This document shows positions 40,006-47,550 of a DNA stretch of 64,000 bases, piece by piece; the first letter of the stretch is position 1; every line of letters starts with the position of its first letter. The notes under the pieces are model-generated. The model was not told where the DNA came from. It saw only the letters and a program-made list of their open reading frames with translations, and did not search any database. Origin of the DNA: a virus. A program made the position numbers and the translations under genes. Location: positions 32,001 through 96,000 of IMG/VR virus record IMGVR_UViG_3300037524_002067; one strand, written 5' to 3'.

Positions 40006-40498
40006 GTCCAGCCATTGGTATTAGATATCCGTGAAGAAATTTTTGAGTATACATCTTAATATAATCTTTCACATCATCAACTGTTTCAAACAACTTATCT
40101 TCTGGAATATTGTATTTTAATCTTCTAAAAAAATAAGTAAACACTCTTTCTTTTATCTCTTTCTTGGTATACGGTATTTTGTTTACTCTTAAAATATAAT
40201 CTAACTCATCTTCATTTTCGCCACGTGGTTCTGCGTTTTTAAACACAGTAGTCCCTGGAACAACATTTCCAACAGAAATATGCCAATTAGAGCCATCTTC
40301 TACAGTTAAAAAATCCAATATAGTTTTTATACCAGCTTGATCAATTAATTCTTGGGGCGCTTCGTCAACAAGAAGATCTTTAAATTCGCTTACACGCTCA
40401 GCCATAAATTTCTGATTAGCTATTTTTATTGGACTGTTATAATCAAATTCCTTAATTAAATTGCCAATAGACTCTCTTATAATTTTTCGAATATTCAT
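39968..40498 (-). CDS. hypothetical protein (putative virion-associated)
   Basis: MNIRKIIRESI start; TATTTAT upstream. Confidence 0.6.
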   Translation of the reverse strand: MNIRKIIRESIGNLIKEFDYNSPIKIANQKFMAERVSEFKDLLVDEAPQELIDQAGIKTILDFLTVEDGSNWHISVGNVVPGTTVFKNAEPRGENEDELDYILRVNKIPYTKKEIKERVFTYFFRRLKYNIPEDKLFETVDDVKDYIKMYTQKFLHGYLIPMAGHAHKHAEKRKNG

Positions 40499-40528
40499 AT
40501 CAATAAATATCCCAAAAAAGGCTTAATT

Positions 40529-41233
40529 CTACCACCACATCCAAGTTGCTCCATGGCGATGATTATAGCGGAGGTCTTCGTTTCCAGATTCAAAATCACC
40601 AGATTCAATCATTTTTTTCAACTCTTGTTTATTATGTCTTCTATCGGCACGGTTAAAAGTTGCACAATACCAAGAAGGAGCTGAACCCCAATAACTCCAC
40701 ACTTTATAAAATTTTTGACTTCTTAATTCAGTGTTTTTTTCAGCAAGTTCTTTTGAGACATCCACATCACAAACAAGTTCATGAGTAATCCAACGAGGTT
40801 TAATTTTTTCGACAAAATAATACTCAGGAACAGTAGATGTATATTGAACTTCCCATGGATTGTAGTATTTATCAAAATGATCTACAAGTCTGAAATATTT
40901 TTTTACCTGAGGTTTAAGAGAAAAATAGATTTTTTCGCTAATATAGCGGCGAGCAGGGCGCACAACTTCATAATGTCCTTTTCTGTATTTAACACGAAAT
41001 TTTTTGTTTTTACTAAAAATTCTCCCAAAAGAAAGTGAAAGAATTTCTTCAAAAACCCAAGCATCATCGCGATTTTTTATATCGGATCTAAGTTCATAGG
41101 TTTTGTAGTACCCATTACGATAAGGCACATCAAGCTTAACCCAACGAGTATTTTTTCGTTGAATTTCTTCAAGTTCATAAATTTCTCTTTCGAGTTTAAG
41201 CTTTTCTTTGTAGAGGTCTGTTTTTGTATTCAT
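40529..41233 (-). CDS. basic hypothetical protein
   Basis: 234 aa ending WMWW; start codon lies inside a hairpin. Confidence 0.65.
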   Translation of the reverse strand: MNTKTDLYKEKLKLEREIYELEEIQRKNTRWVKLDVPYRNGYYKTYELRSDIKNRDDAWVFEEILSLSFGRIFSKNKKFRVKYRKGHYEVVRPARRYISEKIYFSLKPQVKKYFRLVDHFDKYYNPWEVQYTSTVPEYYFVEKIKPRWITHELVCDVDVSKELAEKNTELRSQKFYKVWSYWGSAPSWYCATFNRADRRHNKQELKKMIESGDFESGNEDLRYNHRHGATWMWW

Positions 41234-41248
41234 GACGATTTAGTTTAC

Positions 41249-41296
41249 TTACCAAAATCGCCATACGCCTCCTACGCTATTTTTTATATTCATCAT
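41249..41296 (-). CDS. upstream leader peptide (MMNIKNSVGGVWRFW)
   Basis: follows TATTTATA; its Trp-Arg-Phe codons pair with the start region of the next gene. Confidence 0.55.
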   Translation of the reverse strand: MMNIKNSVGGVWRFW

Positions 41297-41361
41297 TTTA
41301 TTGACTTATTTTTTATAAATATACAAATTTTATTCCAAATATAAAACCAATTTGTTAAAAT

Positions 41362-41565
41362 TTACATCTCACGATCTGTCATATCTCTCCAATATTCCCA
41401 ATCGACAGAAACAACTTTACCCTTTAATGATGGTCTGAAATTATCTATAAAACCAATTATTTCATCTTTTGATGGTTCGGAGTTAATATAGGGCATATTG
41501 TATTCCTCTTTTTGTCCACCCTGAAGAGTTAGTTTGATTTTATAATATTTCCCAATCAATTTCAT
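41362..41565 (-). CDS. hypothetical protein
   Basis: 67 aa ORF. Confidence 0.5.
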   Translation of the reverse strand: MKLIGKYYKIKLTLQGGQKEEYNMPYINSEPSKDEIIGFIDNFRPSLKGKVVSVDWEYWRDMTDREM

Positions 41566-41842
41566 CCCAAATCTGTTTGTTTAATTTCCCTTTCGATGGT
41601 CGCTCATATTTTGGATATGAACACATCGAACAATTACAAGGACAACTAGTAGTTCTTAAAAAGGTATAACACTTTCCTTGTAACGCTTCTTTGATCACAT
41701 CTACTCTTGATTTAATCAAAGGATAGCCAAATTCGTCTCTATCAATATACCTGGTTGCGCCAGGCTTAATCCACATTTTAAGTCTTCTCAAAAACTTAAC
41801 GTGTTGCTTCCAGCGTCTATACGCTCTGCTATGATTTTCCAT
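41540..41842 (-). CDS. basic Cys-motif protein
   Basis: TSCPCNCSMCS. Confidence 0.6.
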   Translation of the reverse strand: MENHSRAYRRWKQHVKFLRRLKMWIKPGATRYIDRDEFGYPLIKSRVDVIKEALQGKCYTFLRTTSCPCNCSMCSYPKYERPSKGKLNKQIWDEIDWEIL

Positions 41843-41896
41843 TTTGCTTCAATGTAGTCATAGCCAGGGTTGTTAAAGCTTAAAGCCCCTGGCTTG

Positions 41897-41929
41897 CTAC
41901 TTGAGCAAATATCGAATTGAGAATTTCAT
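41897..41929 (-). CDS. upstream leader peptide ending in UAG (MKFSIRYLLK)
   Basis: follows TATTTATA; the stop lies in the 5' arm of a long hairpin reaching the next start codon. Confidence 0.45.
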   Translation of the reverse strand: MKFSIRYLLK

Positions 41930-41944
41930 GTATATAAATAATGT

Positions 41945-42682
41945 TTATTTTTTTAAAAATAACTCCCCCATTTTACGTGCAAGAGCTTCCTTTAGTTGCA
42001 AATTTAATGAAAATTCTTGAATATCCAAACCCAACTCTCTGGCAATCATCTGGATGTTTTTCAACCCTTCTTCATTCATGTTTGCTTTCCTAAGTTTTAC
42101 CATGTAATCTTCATCAAAAAGATATAACACATGTTTTTCACCATCTGATTTTGACATTTTCTTCGTGGGGTCAATCAACGACATTACCTTATCCACATGC
42201 CCAAATTCATATGCATAATCATCTCTACCACCAACACGCTTACAAATATCGTTTGCAAGCTCTATGTGAGCAACCTGATCCCTGCCAACAATAATTACGT
42301 CTGGGTCATTGATCATAATATCAGCTGCCATTAAAACGGGATATAAAAGCAAACCCATATCGTACTCAACCTTGTCTTTTTTATCTTTATACTGAGGCAT
42401 CTTTAACAGTGTGGCAATATTTACCTTACAGCAAATTTTGAAAAAAAGTTCTGTATACAAAGGTGTTTGGTGCACAATTTTTTTGCACCCCAAACGAATA
42501 AGCTCTTGCTCAGTTTTATCTGAATAACTATCGGTTGTCAAAGAATGGTAATTGGCAATCAAAAAAGTCACATCATGACCTTGCTCTTGCAAATCAATAC
42601 CTTTCTTAAGACAACCAAGATAGTTGCCTATGTGAAGTTTGTTAGTCGGTTGAATGCCGATTAATATTTTTTTTGTTTTCAT
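41945..42682 (-). CDS. trpS: tryptophanyl-tRNA synthetase (compact)
   Basis: GIQPT..LHIGNYLG, YPVLMAADI, VGRDQ..H.EL, KMSKS; start reassigned to MKTKK. Confidence 0.92.
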   Translation of the reverse strand: MKTKKILIGIQPTNKLHIGNYLGCLKKGIDLQEQGHDVTFLIANYHSLTTDSYSDKTEQELIRLGCKKIVHQTPLYTELFFKICCKVNIATLLKMPQYKDKKDKVEYDMGLLLYPVLMAADIMINDPDVIIVGRDQVAHIELANDICKRVGGRDDYAYEFGHVDKVMSLIDPTKKMSKSDGEKHVLYLFDEDYMVKLRKANMNEEGLKNIQMIARELGLDIQEFSLNLQLKEALARKMGELFLKK

Positions 42683-42684
42683 CG

Positions 42685-42769
42685 CACGTCGAAGAGGATT
42701 CGAACCCCTGTGAGACCTAAGTCTGCTGGTTTTGGAGACCAGTGCTATCAACCACTCTGCCATCGACGT
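42685..42769 (-). tRNA. tRNA-Trp(CCA) with long variable arm
   Basis: CTGGT-CTCCAAA-ACCAG arm, A1:U72, G73, variable stem AGAC/GTCT. Confidence 0.8.
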
Positions 42770-42847
42770 ATATAGATGTTTAAAATTACGGATTAGAATT
42801 TTTAAAGCCTCGGTCTTGTCGCCGCTTCCTTAATCTATCACATCTTG

Positions 42848-43071
42848 TTACCAGTACGGGAATCGAACCCGCATAATTGTTGTGCACGTGCTTTGGAAAA
42901 CTCGCTTCCTTACTTTGTCGTAGACATTTCAGTGCATCCGTAACCATGCAGCACGTTACTCACACCATATTTGCTCAGACTATGCCTTCAACGCTTTCTG
43001 TAGCAAGTCAACAATTTCTCTTTCGAGAACCCTTCGTTTTAGGTTTGTCTTTCCATTTAGACGAACTGGTA
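42848..43071 (-). ncRNA. tRNA-like RNA with about 165-nt insertion in place of the anticodon arm
   Basis: TACCAGT/ACTGGTA acceptor, GTCT/AGAC D-arm, GCGGG-TTCGATT-CCCGT T-arm, AATTGTTG/CAACAATT closing stem. Confidence 0.6.
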
Positions 43072-43077
43072 ATTTTG

Positions 43078-43150
43078 CACGAGTGGCAGGCATCGAACCC
43101 GCAACCTTTGGTTTTGGAGACCACTACTCTACCAATTGAGCTACACTCGT
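43078..43150 (-). tRNA. tRNA-Trp(CCA)
   Basis: canonical cloverleaf, loop CTCCAAA, G73. Confidence 0.92.
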
Positions 43151-43153
43151 GTA

Positions 43154-43747
43154 TTATTTGTTTTTGCTTTTTAAATATCTTGTTTTTCTACTTGAGTTTT
43201 TGTTTTTAGACTTATATGTATCAAGTTGAGAATCACAATTAGGACAAACCAGCCTCAAATTTATTCTAAAATTATTGTAAGCGTTACCATCTATATGATC
43301 GAGAATAAAAACCAATCTAATGTTATTCCACTCGTTTTTTATACCACACACAGCGCATTTACAATTCTGTTCTAATAAAATGTGCTTTTTAATAAAGCTC
43401 ATATTCCTATCATGACAATACTCGTGTTGGTTATTTAAATATTTGGCATATATTTCTTTAGATTGATTTTCATAATAACAATCACGACTGCAAAAAGTTT
43501 GATCTGGGTGGGTGGTTAACTTTATATTTTTATCACACTCCTTACACTTAATTATTTTAGCTGTTCCTTTATTAGCTGGAACAAAATTATCTTTAAAATT
43601 CGCTCTTTTAGGAAGAATTATACCTAATTTTTTAGCCGCTTTTTTTATAGTTTCATCAGTAACTCCATACATTTTACCTATCTTTATATAAGATAGTTTT
43701 TTATCAAAAATTAATGTTGACAACTCTTCTTTGTTATAATTTTTCAT
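43154..43747 (-). CDS. HNH homing endonuclease
   Basis: CAVCG...ILDHIDGNAYNN...NLRLVCPNCDSQ. Confidence 0.85.
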   Translation of the reverse strand: MKNYNKEELSTLIFDKKLSYIKIGKMYGVTDETIKKAAKKLGIILPKRANFKDNFVPANKGTAKIIKCKECDKNIKLTTHPDQTFCSRDCYYENQSKEIYAKYLNNQHEYCHDRNMSFIKKHILLEQNCKCAVCGIKNEWNNIRLVFILDHIDGNAYNNFRINLRLVCPNCDSQLDTYKSKNKNSSRKTRYLKSKNK

Positions 43748-43844
43748 ATTCTTTTATTTAAATATAAAGAAAAATAACTCCAATTACTAATCAATTTAAA
43801 AAATAATCTATTAGTAATTTAAATAACTATTTCAAAGAACTTTG

Positions 43845-43921
43845 TGATCGCCACGGGAGTCGAACCCGTATGTGTCCAATTACTCTTTCAACTGCTTAGA
43901 AGGCAGAGGAGTTATGCGACC
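43845..43921 (-). tRNA. non-canonical tRNA-Arg(TCT) lacking a D-arm
   Basis: CTGC-CTTCTAA-GCAG arm only about 8 nt after the acceptor strand; normal T-arm. Confidence 0.6.
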
Positions 43922-43928
43922 TTTTTTG

Positions 43929-44005
43929 TGACCACCACGGGATTCGAACCCATATGCATCCACTTACTCTTTCAACGGTTTAGGAAACCGAGGAGATATG
44001 CGGCC
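43929..44005 (-). tRNA. non-canonical tRNA-Arg(CCT) lacking a D-arm
   Basis: CGGT-TTCCTAA-ACCG arm; same architecture as its neighbour. Confidence 0.6.
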
Positions 44006-44009
44006 ATTT

Positions 44010-44086
44010 GTGATTGATAATTGTGGAATCGAACCACTGAGTTTTTACACTCCGACACCTTGAGCTCAAGTCAATTTACCAATCAC
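44010..44086 (-). ncRNA. tRNA-like RNA with extended terminal stem
   Basis: GTGATTGGTAA/TTATCAATCAC stem, GTGG-TTCGATT-CCAC T-arm. Confidence 0.4.
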
Positions 44087-44090
44087 TTTG

Positions 44091-44162
44091 TAGTCCCACT
44101 AGGAATCGAACCTAGATAATTGGTTTAGAAAACCAAGGCTTTATCCATTAAGCTATGGGACC
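44091..44162 (-). tRNA. tRNA-Arg(TCT)
   Basis: canonical cloverleaf, TTGGT-TTTCTAA-ACCAA arm. Confidence 0.88.
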
Positions 44163-44240
44163 AAATTCTAATTAGTTAAAGTGGTTTTATGATGCCAATT
44201 AGTAATGCATCCTCATAACGGATTACCACAATCCTATTCG

Positions 44241-44322
44241 TGTTGAGGGGAGGATTCGAACCACCAGATGATCAGTACGTACTTAATCACCTTTTCCAAA
44301 CGCATGCTTATTTGACCTCAAC
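44241..44322 (-). tRNA. degenerate tRNA, possibly Arg(ACG)
   Basis: GTTGAGG/CCTCAAC acceptor, GGTTCGAATCC, GTACGTA in an irregular arm. Confidence 0.4.
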
Positions 44323-44326
44323 ATTG

Positions 44327-44417
44327 CAGAAGTGACGAGATTCGAACTCGTGCGCCGATTTTCACCGACCTATCAACTTTCCAGGCTGACCCCTTTCATC
44401 CACTTGGGTACACTTCT
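44327..44417 (-). tRNA. tRNA-Ser(GGA)
   Basis: loop CTGGAAA, long variable arm, G73. Confidence 0.88.
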
Positions 44418-44425
44418 ATGTTTTG

Positions 44426-44514
44426 CGGAGGCGGTGAGGATCGAACTCACGCAGCGGATTTCTCCGCCCTAACGGTTTAGCAAACCGTCCCCTTCACCAC
44501 TTGGGTACGCCTCC
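44426..44514 (-). tRNA. tRNA-Ser(GCT)
   Basis: loop TTGCTAA, long variable arm, G73. Confidence 0.9.
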
Positions 44515-44519
44515 AATTG

Positions 44520-44608
44520 AGGAGAGCATAGGATTCGAACCTAATGCGGGTCTTCCCCGCACCCTTTGTTTAGCAAACAAGGACTAGCCCAAGCCAGCAT
44601 TACTCTCC
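44520..44608 (-). tRNA. tRNA-Ser(GCT)
   Basis: loop TTGCTAA, long variable arm. Confidence 0.8.
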
Positions 44609-44688
44609 AATTTTATCTCCGCATTTTTGCGGAGATTACGATGTTTATTCACCGCACAAAAATAAAAAACAATACGTCAAAAAACTTT

Positions 44689-44774
44689 TGGCGGAAGATA
44701 TAGGAATCGAACCCTGCCCTTGCGGACCGCCCCATGCTTCAAACATGGTTGACCACCGATGGTCGCTACCTTCC
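44689..44774 (-). tRNA. atypical tRNA-Ser(TGA) with 8-bp acceptor stem
   Basis: GGAAGGTA/TATCTTCC, GACCA-TCGG-TGGTC D-arm, loop TTTGAAG, GCCA end. Confidence 0.7.
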
Positions 44775-44779
44775 AGTTG

Positions 44780-44864
44780 AGGAGAGTGTGAGATTCGAAC
44801 TCACGGACCCCGAAGGGCCTCCAGTTTTCAAGACTGGTGCAATAGACCACTCTGCCAACTCTCC
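44780..44864 (-). tRNA. tRNA-Ser(TGA)
   Basis: canonical, CCAGT-CTTGAAA-ACTGG arm. Confidence 0.92.
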
Positions 44865-44869
44865 TTATT

Positions 44870-45250
44870 TTAATTCAATTTTGCCCAAGGCTCATAACTC
44901 AAAACAAAAGCTGTTCCCCAACCATTAGAACCTTGTCCGCCCAACTCACCCTTCTCACGCATATCTGCAAAAATTTCTTTCATACATTTTTTTACATTGA
45001 AATTATCGCAAAGTATTTGAAAATCATTGTGGCCAAATTTAAACCCATCAAACTCAATCACAATTTCTTTTGGTTTTTCTTTTTCATCTTCAATCAAAAG
45101 ATAAGTTGTTCCCTGCAAATCGTACATCTTAGAAAAAAGCTTTAAACCATTTTCTTTCATGATAGTGATTTGTTCATCAGTGTATTCAGTTACACCTTTG
45201 CACCATTCAATCTTGTTGATCATTCCTTGTATTAATTCTTCTTTGTTCAT
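44870..45250 (-). CDS. hypothetical protein, first gene of the attenuated Ser/Arg/Trp tRNA operon
   Basis: 126 aa ORF between terminator and tRNAs. Confidence 0.65.
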   Translation of the reverse strand: MNKEELIQGMINKIEWCKGVTEYTDEQITIMKENGLKLFSKMYDLQGTTYLLIEDEKEKPKEIVIEFDGFKFGHNDFQILCDNFNVKKCMKEIFADMREKGELGGQGSNGWGTAFVLSYEPWAKLN

Positions 45251-45271
45251 TTTTCTTAATTTACTTTAAAT

Positions 45272-45303
45272 AAAAAACCCTGGCTTTTTGTGAGCCAGGG
45301 TTT
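45272..45303 (-). terminator. attenuator terminator of tRNA array 2
   Basis: AAACCCTGGCT-loop-AGCCAGGGTTTTTT. Confidence 0.85.
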
Positions 45304-45341
45304 AGAGTCCGTTGAATTAAGGGTTAAATATCTTTCTTCAG

Positions 45342-45431
45342 TTATGACAATAAATGGCCTGGCTCGGTTGCTCTACTTGAGCTCGAACTCCTTCTCCAAG
45401 ACCATGATCTATTGTTTGTAACTGTTTTCAT
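45342..45431 (-). CDS. attenuator leader peptide for the Ser/Arg/Trp tRNA array
   Basis: MKTVTNNRSWSWRRSSSSSRATEPGHLLS; contains GAGCCAGG complementary to the terminator 5' arm. Confidence 0.85.
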   Translation of the reverse strand: MKTVTNNRSWSWRRSSSSSRATEPGHLLS

Positions 45432-45434
45432 TTG

Positions 45435-45500
45435 TTATAAATATGCTAAAAATTCTTTTTTCTGAAATTTTATACGTACAAAGATAGAATAAGTTTCAAC
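45435..45500 (-). promoter_or_regulatory. compound promoter of tRNA array 2
   Basis: TGAAAC-N16-CGTATAA plus TATCTTTG plus TATTTATA; paralogous to 22995-23062. Confidence 0.65.
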
Positions 45501-45565
45501 AAGAAACAAGTTTTTTTACAAAATTTTTTGTTTGTTGCTGATTTTTAGGTAGATAAAATTTTTAA

Positions 45566-46864
45566 TTACTCTGCCACATTTCCTAAATTTACTGTACCAC
45601 TCGCTATTTCTTCGTCGATTTTTTTAATAATAAATTCAGATACCTTAGAAATTACTTCCAGGTTTTTTTGGATTTGCTCTTTATTCGCTTTCCATAATGC
45701 CAAATATGTTGCATGATGAGATACTGGTAAATCATAATGTTTTAAAACCACATATGAAACACTCTCAGCTTGCAATTCCATAATAGCATTATTTCTTCTC
45801 ACATCATCTCCTTGATAATAAATAGAAGAAGACCTGTGGTGCATTAATTCATGTGCTATCTCGTGAATCATTGTTGATAATCTTCCAGCCCCAGACACTC
45901 CAGTAGAAATATTTATGTGATCTCCAGCACTATACCCTTTCTCTCCTCTTTTTGCGTCGTTTTGAGTAACATTTATATGCATATCTTTTGCAACTTCTAC
46001 AACAGCTGCATATAATTTATCAGCTGTTTCTGAAGGAGTGTTTTCACCCCACCATTTTGGTTCTTCTGGAATTTCACCCCTTTCATCTATCGGCTTGGTA
46101 TCAGAAATATCAAAAACATTTACCGCCTTAAATCCTCTAATTTCTTTTTCATTACCAAGAGTACTTCCATCAACTGAACTATCAACATCTTCCACGCCCT
46201 TTTGTTTGCTAATTAAAGGAGCAAGTATTGTAATACCCTTAGCACCTTTTTGAACTTGTCTAAACTTAGACTTCCAAGTATTAAAAGATGCAACACGTGT
46301 CGCATCTGGTTTTTGAATATAAATTAAAATTTTATTGAAGAAACTGTAATTATGGAACTTAGAAAAGAACGTTAAATACCTTCTTATTTCAGCAGAAAGA
46401 GCGGCTTCATCAGTTGCGTTTGCTAAATCGCTTATATATTGATCTAGTTTTGTTTTTAACAAGCTTTTATTATCTGCATCAGCAGCCATTACAGCCTCTT
46501 CAACATCTTCGAGTGAATTAATAATGTACTCCACCTTGTTTGCTGTTGAGAGTGTTTTTTTAGCCATTTCAAATTTGTCTACTGGGATGGCCCAATGATT
46601 TCCAGTCCAAATAAATCCATTTTGTTTTAAAAGCGCCTTGTTTTTAAAGGTCTCTTGATTTGCTGCTTTCCCATCAAGATCAGATACCACGATTAACCTA
46701 TTTTGTTCTTTGTCGTGTTGCAATTTTAGCGCTTCACGCATTATACCCTCATTAAGCTCTTGTGTTATGTGTTGCTTTTCTTCTTTTAAAAGTTCTATTT
46801 TGTAAAGCCTTTTGGCCTCAGAAATGATATACTTCTTTAGATCTGAAATGGTGATTTTTGCCAT
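45566..46864 (-). CDS. ArdC-like ssDNA-binding/antirestriction protein with zincin-like domain
   Basis: FHNYSFFN.ILI..Q.P.AT.VASF..WK...V.KG.KGI.I.AP; HEIAHELMH; E.QAES. Confidence 0.8.
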   Translation of the reverse strand: MAKITISDLKKYIISEAKRLYKIELLKEEKQHITQELNEGIMREALKLQHDKEQNRLIVVSDLDGKAANQETFKNKALLKQNGFIWTGNHWAIPVDKFEMAKKTLSTANKVEYIINSLEDVEEAVMAADADNKSLLKTKLDQYISDLANATDEAALSAEIRRYLTFFSKFHNYSFFNKILIYIQKPDATRVASFNTWKSKFRQVQKGAKGITILAPLISKQKGVEDVDSSVDGSTLGNEKEIRGFKAVNVFDISDTKPIDERGEIPEEPKWWGENTPSETADKLYAAVVEVAKDMHINVTQNDAKRGEKGYSAGDHINISTGVSGAGRLSTMIHEIAHELMHHRSSSIYYQGDDVRRNNAIMELQAESVSYVVLKHYDLPVSHHATYLALWKANKEQIQKNLEVISKVSEFIIKKIDEEIASGTVNLGNVAE

Positions 46865-46904
46865 ATGAAATTAACTTTCATATAAATATGACGTTTTTTT
46901 TGGT

Positions 46905-47156
46905 TTACTTGGTATTAAACCATTCTTCTCTGGAAGAATTTATAACATATGATTGGTGGACCTGGAAAAACCTTTTAATACTTGCGCAGACTTCGTATTT
47001 TTCTTTACCACAGAAATACCCAAGAGCCTCTTCGATAGCAAATGTTGGTATCAACCACTCAGACTCTGTTTTGGAAATTTTATTTTCTGCAAGCGCTGCT
47101 ATTCCATAGTAAATTTTTACATCTAATTTATCATTTATTTGTCTGCTTATTTTCAT
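46905..47156 (-). CDS. hypothetical protein
   Basis: 83 aa ORF. Confidence 0.5.
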   Translation of the reverse strand: MKISRQINDKLDVKIYYGIAALAENKISKTESEWLIPTFAIEEALGYFCGKEKYEVCASIKRFFQVHQSYVINSSREEWFNTK

Positions 47157-47286
47157 AACATATTACTCGACGTGGTCGCAAACCTTTGATATGTGTGGTA
47201 TTTATTCATTGTGTTGTATATAAATAACCAAGTAATTTGTGTAATCAAGAAGAAAAAAAATTTTTAAAAATAAAGTTTGTTTCTCT

Positions 47287-47550
47287 TTATTTTATGAATT
47301 TTTCTATATATTTAAGAGGCTCTTCATAAGCAACCATTATCTTTAAATGTTCTAGAAAATACATGCTAGACTTGGTACCTGGGACGACCCAAAACGCCTC
47401 AGCAAACTTTAAATCAAAGATAATAGAGTAATAATGTTTTCTATCCAATACATAACCCAATTCATAATCAATTTCTGGATCTTTATATCCGTTATTTACC
47501 GCTTGCCTTATAGCTGCTATTAAAATATCTTTTGTTTTCATGGTATTCAT
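47287..47550 (-). CDS. hypothetical protein
   Basis: 87 aa ORF. Confidence 0.55.
   Translation of the reverse strand: MNTMKTKDILIAAIRQAVNNGYKDPEIDYELGYVLDRKHYYSIIFDLKFAEAFWVVPGTKSSMYFLEHLKIMVAYEEPLKYIEKFIK

Noticed and set aside
42683-42763. N-terminal extension of trpS given by the ORF track
   Set aside because: It overlaps a tRNA gene; the protein motif begins at MKTKK (42682). The 21021 start inside tRNA-Tyr is rejected for the same reason.
42848-43071. tmRNA
   Set aside because: Too short, has a true D-stem, no G3:U70 acceptor and no evident tag reading frame.
44689-44774. Selenocysteine tRNA explaining the UGA codons
   Set aside because: The anticodon reads UGA (Ser), not UCA, and no selA or selB genes are in the window.
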